IMG/VR virus record: IMGVR_UViG_3300042398_001452
From: a virus
Lineage: Duplodnaviria; Heunggongvirae; Uroviricota; Caudoviricetes
Length of the DNA stretch: 64,000 bases
Strand: one strand, 5' to 3'
Below, piece after piece: positions 62,865 to 64,000 of the stretch. The position numbers were made by a program, and so were the translations under genes. The notes below the pieces were generated by a model that was not told the DNA's origin, did no database searches, and was given only the letters and a program-made list of their open reading frames with translations. The stretch's first letter is position 1; each line of letters opens with the position of its first letter.

Positions 62865-63224
62865 ATGACCCACATGAAAACTAAAGTAACTATAGGTAAT
62901 TTAGAATATGACTTATCTCATAGGGAAAGTATATCATTCGATGAATCTAAGAAGCTTTGTATTGATGGATGGAGAATACCAAAGATCGAAGAGCTAGCTA
63001 TATTAGGTTCTAAATACTACGTTAAAGGTAACAAGCTGTTCTTAGGAGGAAGACACTTCTCACCTAGACTTTATTGGACACCAGGAATGGTTGAGCATAT
63101 GAGAGGAGGACTCATAGACGAAACACAAGGTGGATCAGCTCTATTCTATTTCTATCTTAATTGCGGATGGTTTATCTCACTACACGAGAACAAGCATTTT
63201 CTAATATTGGTTAAAGATATATGA
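62865..63224 (+). CDS. DUF1566-like small protein
   Basis: ISFDESKK...GWRIPKIEEL...YWT; related to 32610-33014. Confidence 0.5.
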   Translation: MTHMKTKVTIGNLEYDLSHRESISFDESKKLCIDGWRIPKIEELAILGSKYYVKGNKLFLGGRHFSPRLYWTPGMVEHMRGGLIDETQGGSALFYFYLNCGWFISLHENKHFLILVKDI

Positions 63225-63436
63225 AAGCGAGAAAATTAAAAGATCTATCTCCTAGTGAAAGAAAAAAATACGATAGCCTATATCTTGAGCTAAAAGAGAT
63301 AAGAGCAAAAATTCGGGGTTTCCATAGAAGAAAAAATACCTCGTTACTTGATTGGAAGGATCATTATGATAGGATAATGAAAGCCGCAGATTTATTATAC
63401 AAGATTAACAAAATAATCTATAAACCATTTTTTTAA
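63221..63436 (+). CDS. Small basic hypothetical protein
   Basis: 4-nt overlap with upstream gene. Confidence 0.5.
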   Translation: MKARKLKDLSPSERKKYDSLYLELKEIRAKIRGFHRRKNTSLLDWKDHYDRIMKAADLLYKINKIIYKPFF

Positions 63437-63486
63437 TTAAATAGAATTTTCTACATTAGCTAAACAAGCCAATTAAAACAAATAAT

Positions 63487-64000
63487 ATGGGACTTATCAA
63501 GAAGCAAATAGAATTTTTAGACAAGTTCACTAAAGGCAAATGGGCTCTTAACGAGAAGACCGGACTTGTCGACATCGAAGGGGATTTCGATTGTTCAAGG
63601 AATAAGATCGAAAGAAATTACTACGGTGGAGTAAAAGCATTATCAGACTTTAAAGAGGTTAAATTTGGAGTGGTTACGGGGAATTTCTATTGCGTACACA
63701 ACACCATCAAAAGTCTTAAGGGATCACCACAGCGGGTTGGAGGGAATTTCGATTGCTCATCTAACAAGCTCACAAGTCTTGAGGGAGCTCCACAGGAGAT
63801 TGGAGGGAATTTCAATTGCTTATATAATAAGATTACAAGTATTAAGGGAGCTCCACAGGAGATTGGAGGAGATTTCTTTTGCTCATCTAATAAGATCACT
63901 AGTCTAGAGGGATCACCACAGAGGGTTGGGGGGCTTTTTGGTTGCTCGAATAACAATCTCACTAGTCTTGTGGGAGGTCCGCAGGAGGTTGATGATTTTA
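63487..64000 (+). CDS. Leucine-rich-repeat protein with 22-aa repeats (3' truncated; absent from track because no stop in window)
   Basis: MGLIKKQIEFLDK...; repeats GNFxCSxNKLTSLEGAPQEIG, at least 5 copies, 66-bp periodic; promoter 63423-63459. Confidence 0.85.
   Translation, partial: MGLIKKQIEFLDKFTKGKWALNEKTGLVDIEGDFDCSRNKIERNYYGGVKALSDFKEVKFGVVTGNFYCVHNTIKSLKGSPQRVGGNFDCSSNKLTSLEGAPQEIGGNFNCLYNKITSIKGAPQEIGGDFFCSSNKITSLEGSPQRVGGLFGCSNNNLTSLVGGPQEVDDF

Noticed and set aside
63665-63962. Track ORFs 63665-63907(+) and 63687-63962(-) with repeats
   Set aside because: Alternative-frame shadows of the real LRR gene starting at 63487
1-64000. Stop-codon reassignment (as in Lak or some crAss-like phages)
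   Set aside because: Long intact code-11 ORFs tile the window, and TAA, TAG and TGA all end genes at sensible positions
1-64000. Eukaryotic giant virus or bacterial chromosome origin
   Set aside because: Two-subunit phage-type topoisomerase, Bacteroidetes-type promoters, intrinsic terminators and overlapping operons; no housekeeping operons
1-64000. tRNA, tmRNA or rRNA genes
   Set aside because: No cloverleaf with T-loop GTTCRA and matching acceptor stem seen in intergenic regions; a tRNAscan-SE run would be decisive

Overview
Segment of a large AT-rich dsDNA bacteriophage genome (jumbo or T4-superfamily-like, standard code 11). The host is most likely a Bacteroidetes: there are TAnnTTTG-type -7 promoter boxes, A-rich starts without Shine-Dalgarno sequences, a LPVEL-type secreted protein and an SC lipoprotein. 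Left part (1 to ~41.6 kb): mixed-strand replication/repair genes (topoisomerase II B and A, split family-B polymerase, putative clamp, UvsE, DnaJ, DnaQ-like exonuclease, Rnl1 RNA ligase, prim-pol). It also holds many genes, often behind a GATATATA box, whose products start with a T4 capsid-targeting-like motif; these include GH19, YkuD-like, GDPD and OmpA-domain proteins and two large hydrophobic paralogs. A ~1 kb non-coding junction (41.6-42.6 kb) marks a strand, skew and composition switch. Right part (42.6-64 kb): almost all + strand early-type cassettes, most with their own rigidly spaced promoter (AATCATTTTTT..TAnnTT[T/A][G/A]), intrinsic terminators and a dispersed GC-rich palindrome (CTGGGGAACCCCAG). 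It includes HTH proteins, a RadA-like ATPase, a MoxR AAA+ ATPase with two vWA partners and LRR proteins. No tRNA, rRNA, CRISPR array or integrase was recognised. All product calls come from motif recognition by eye; no database search was run.
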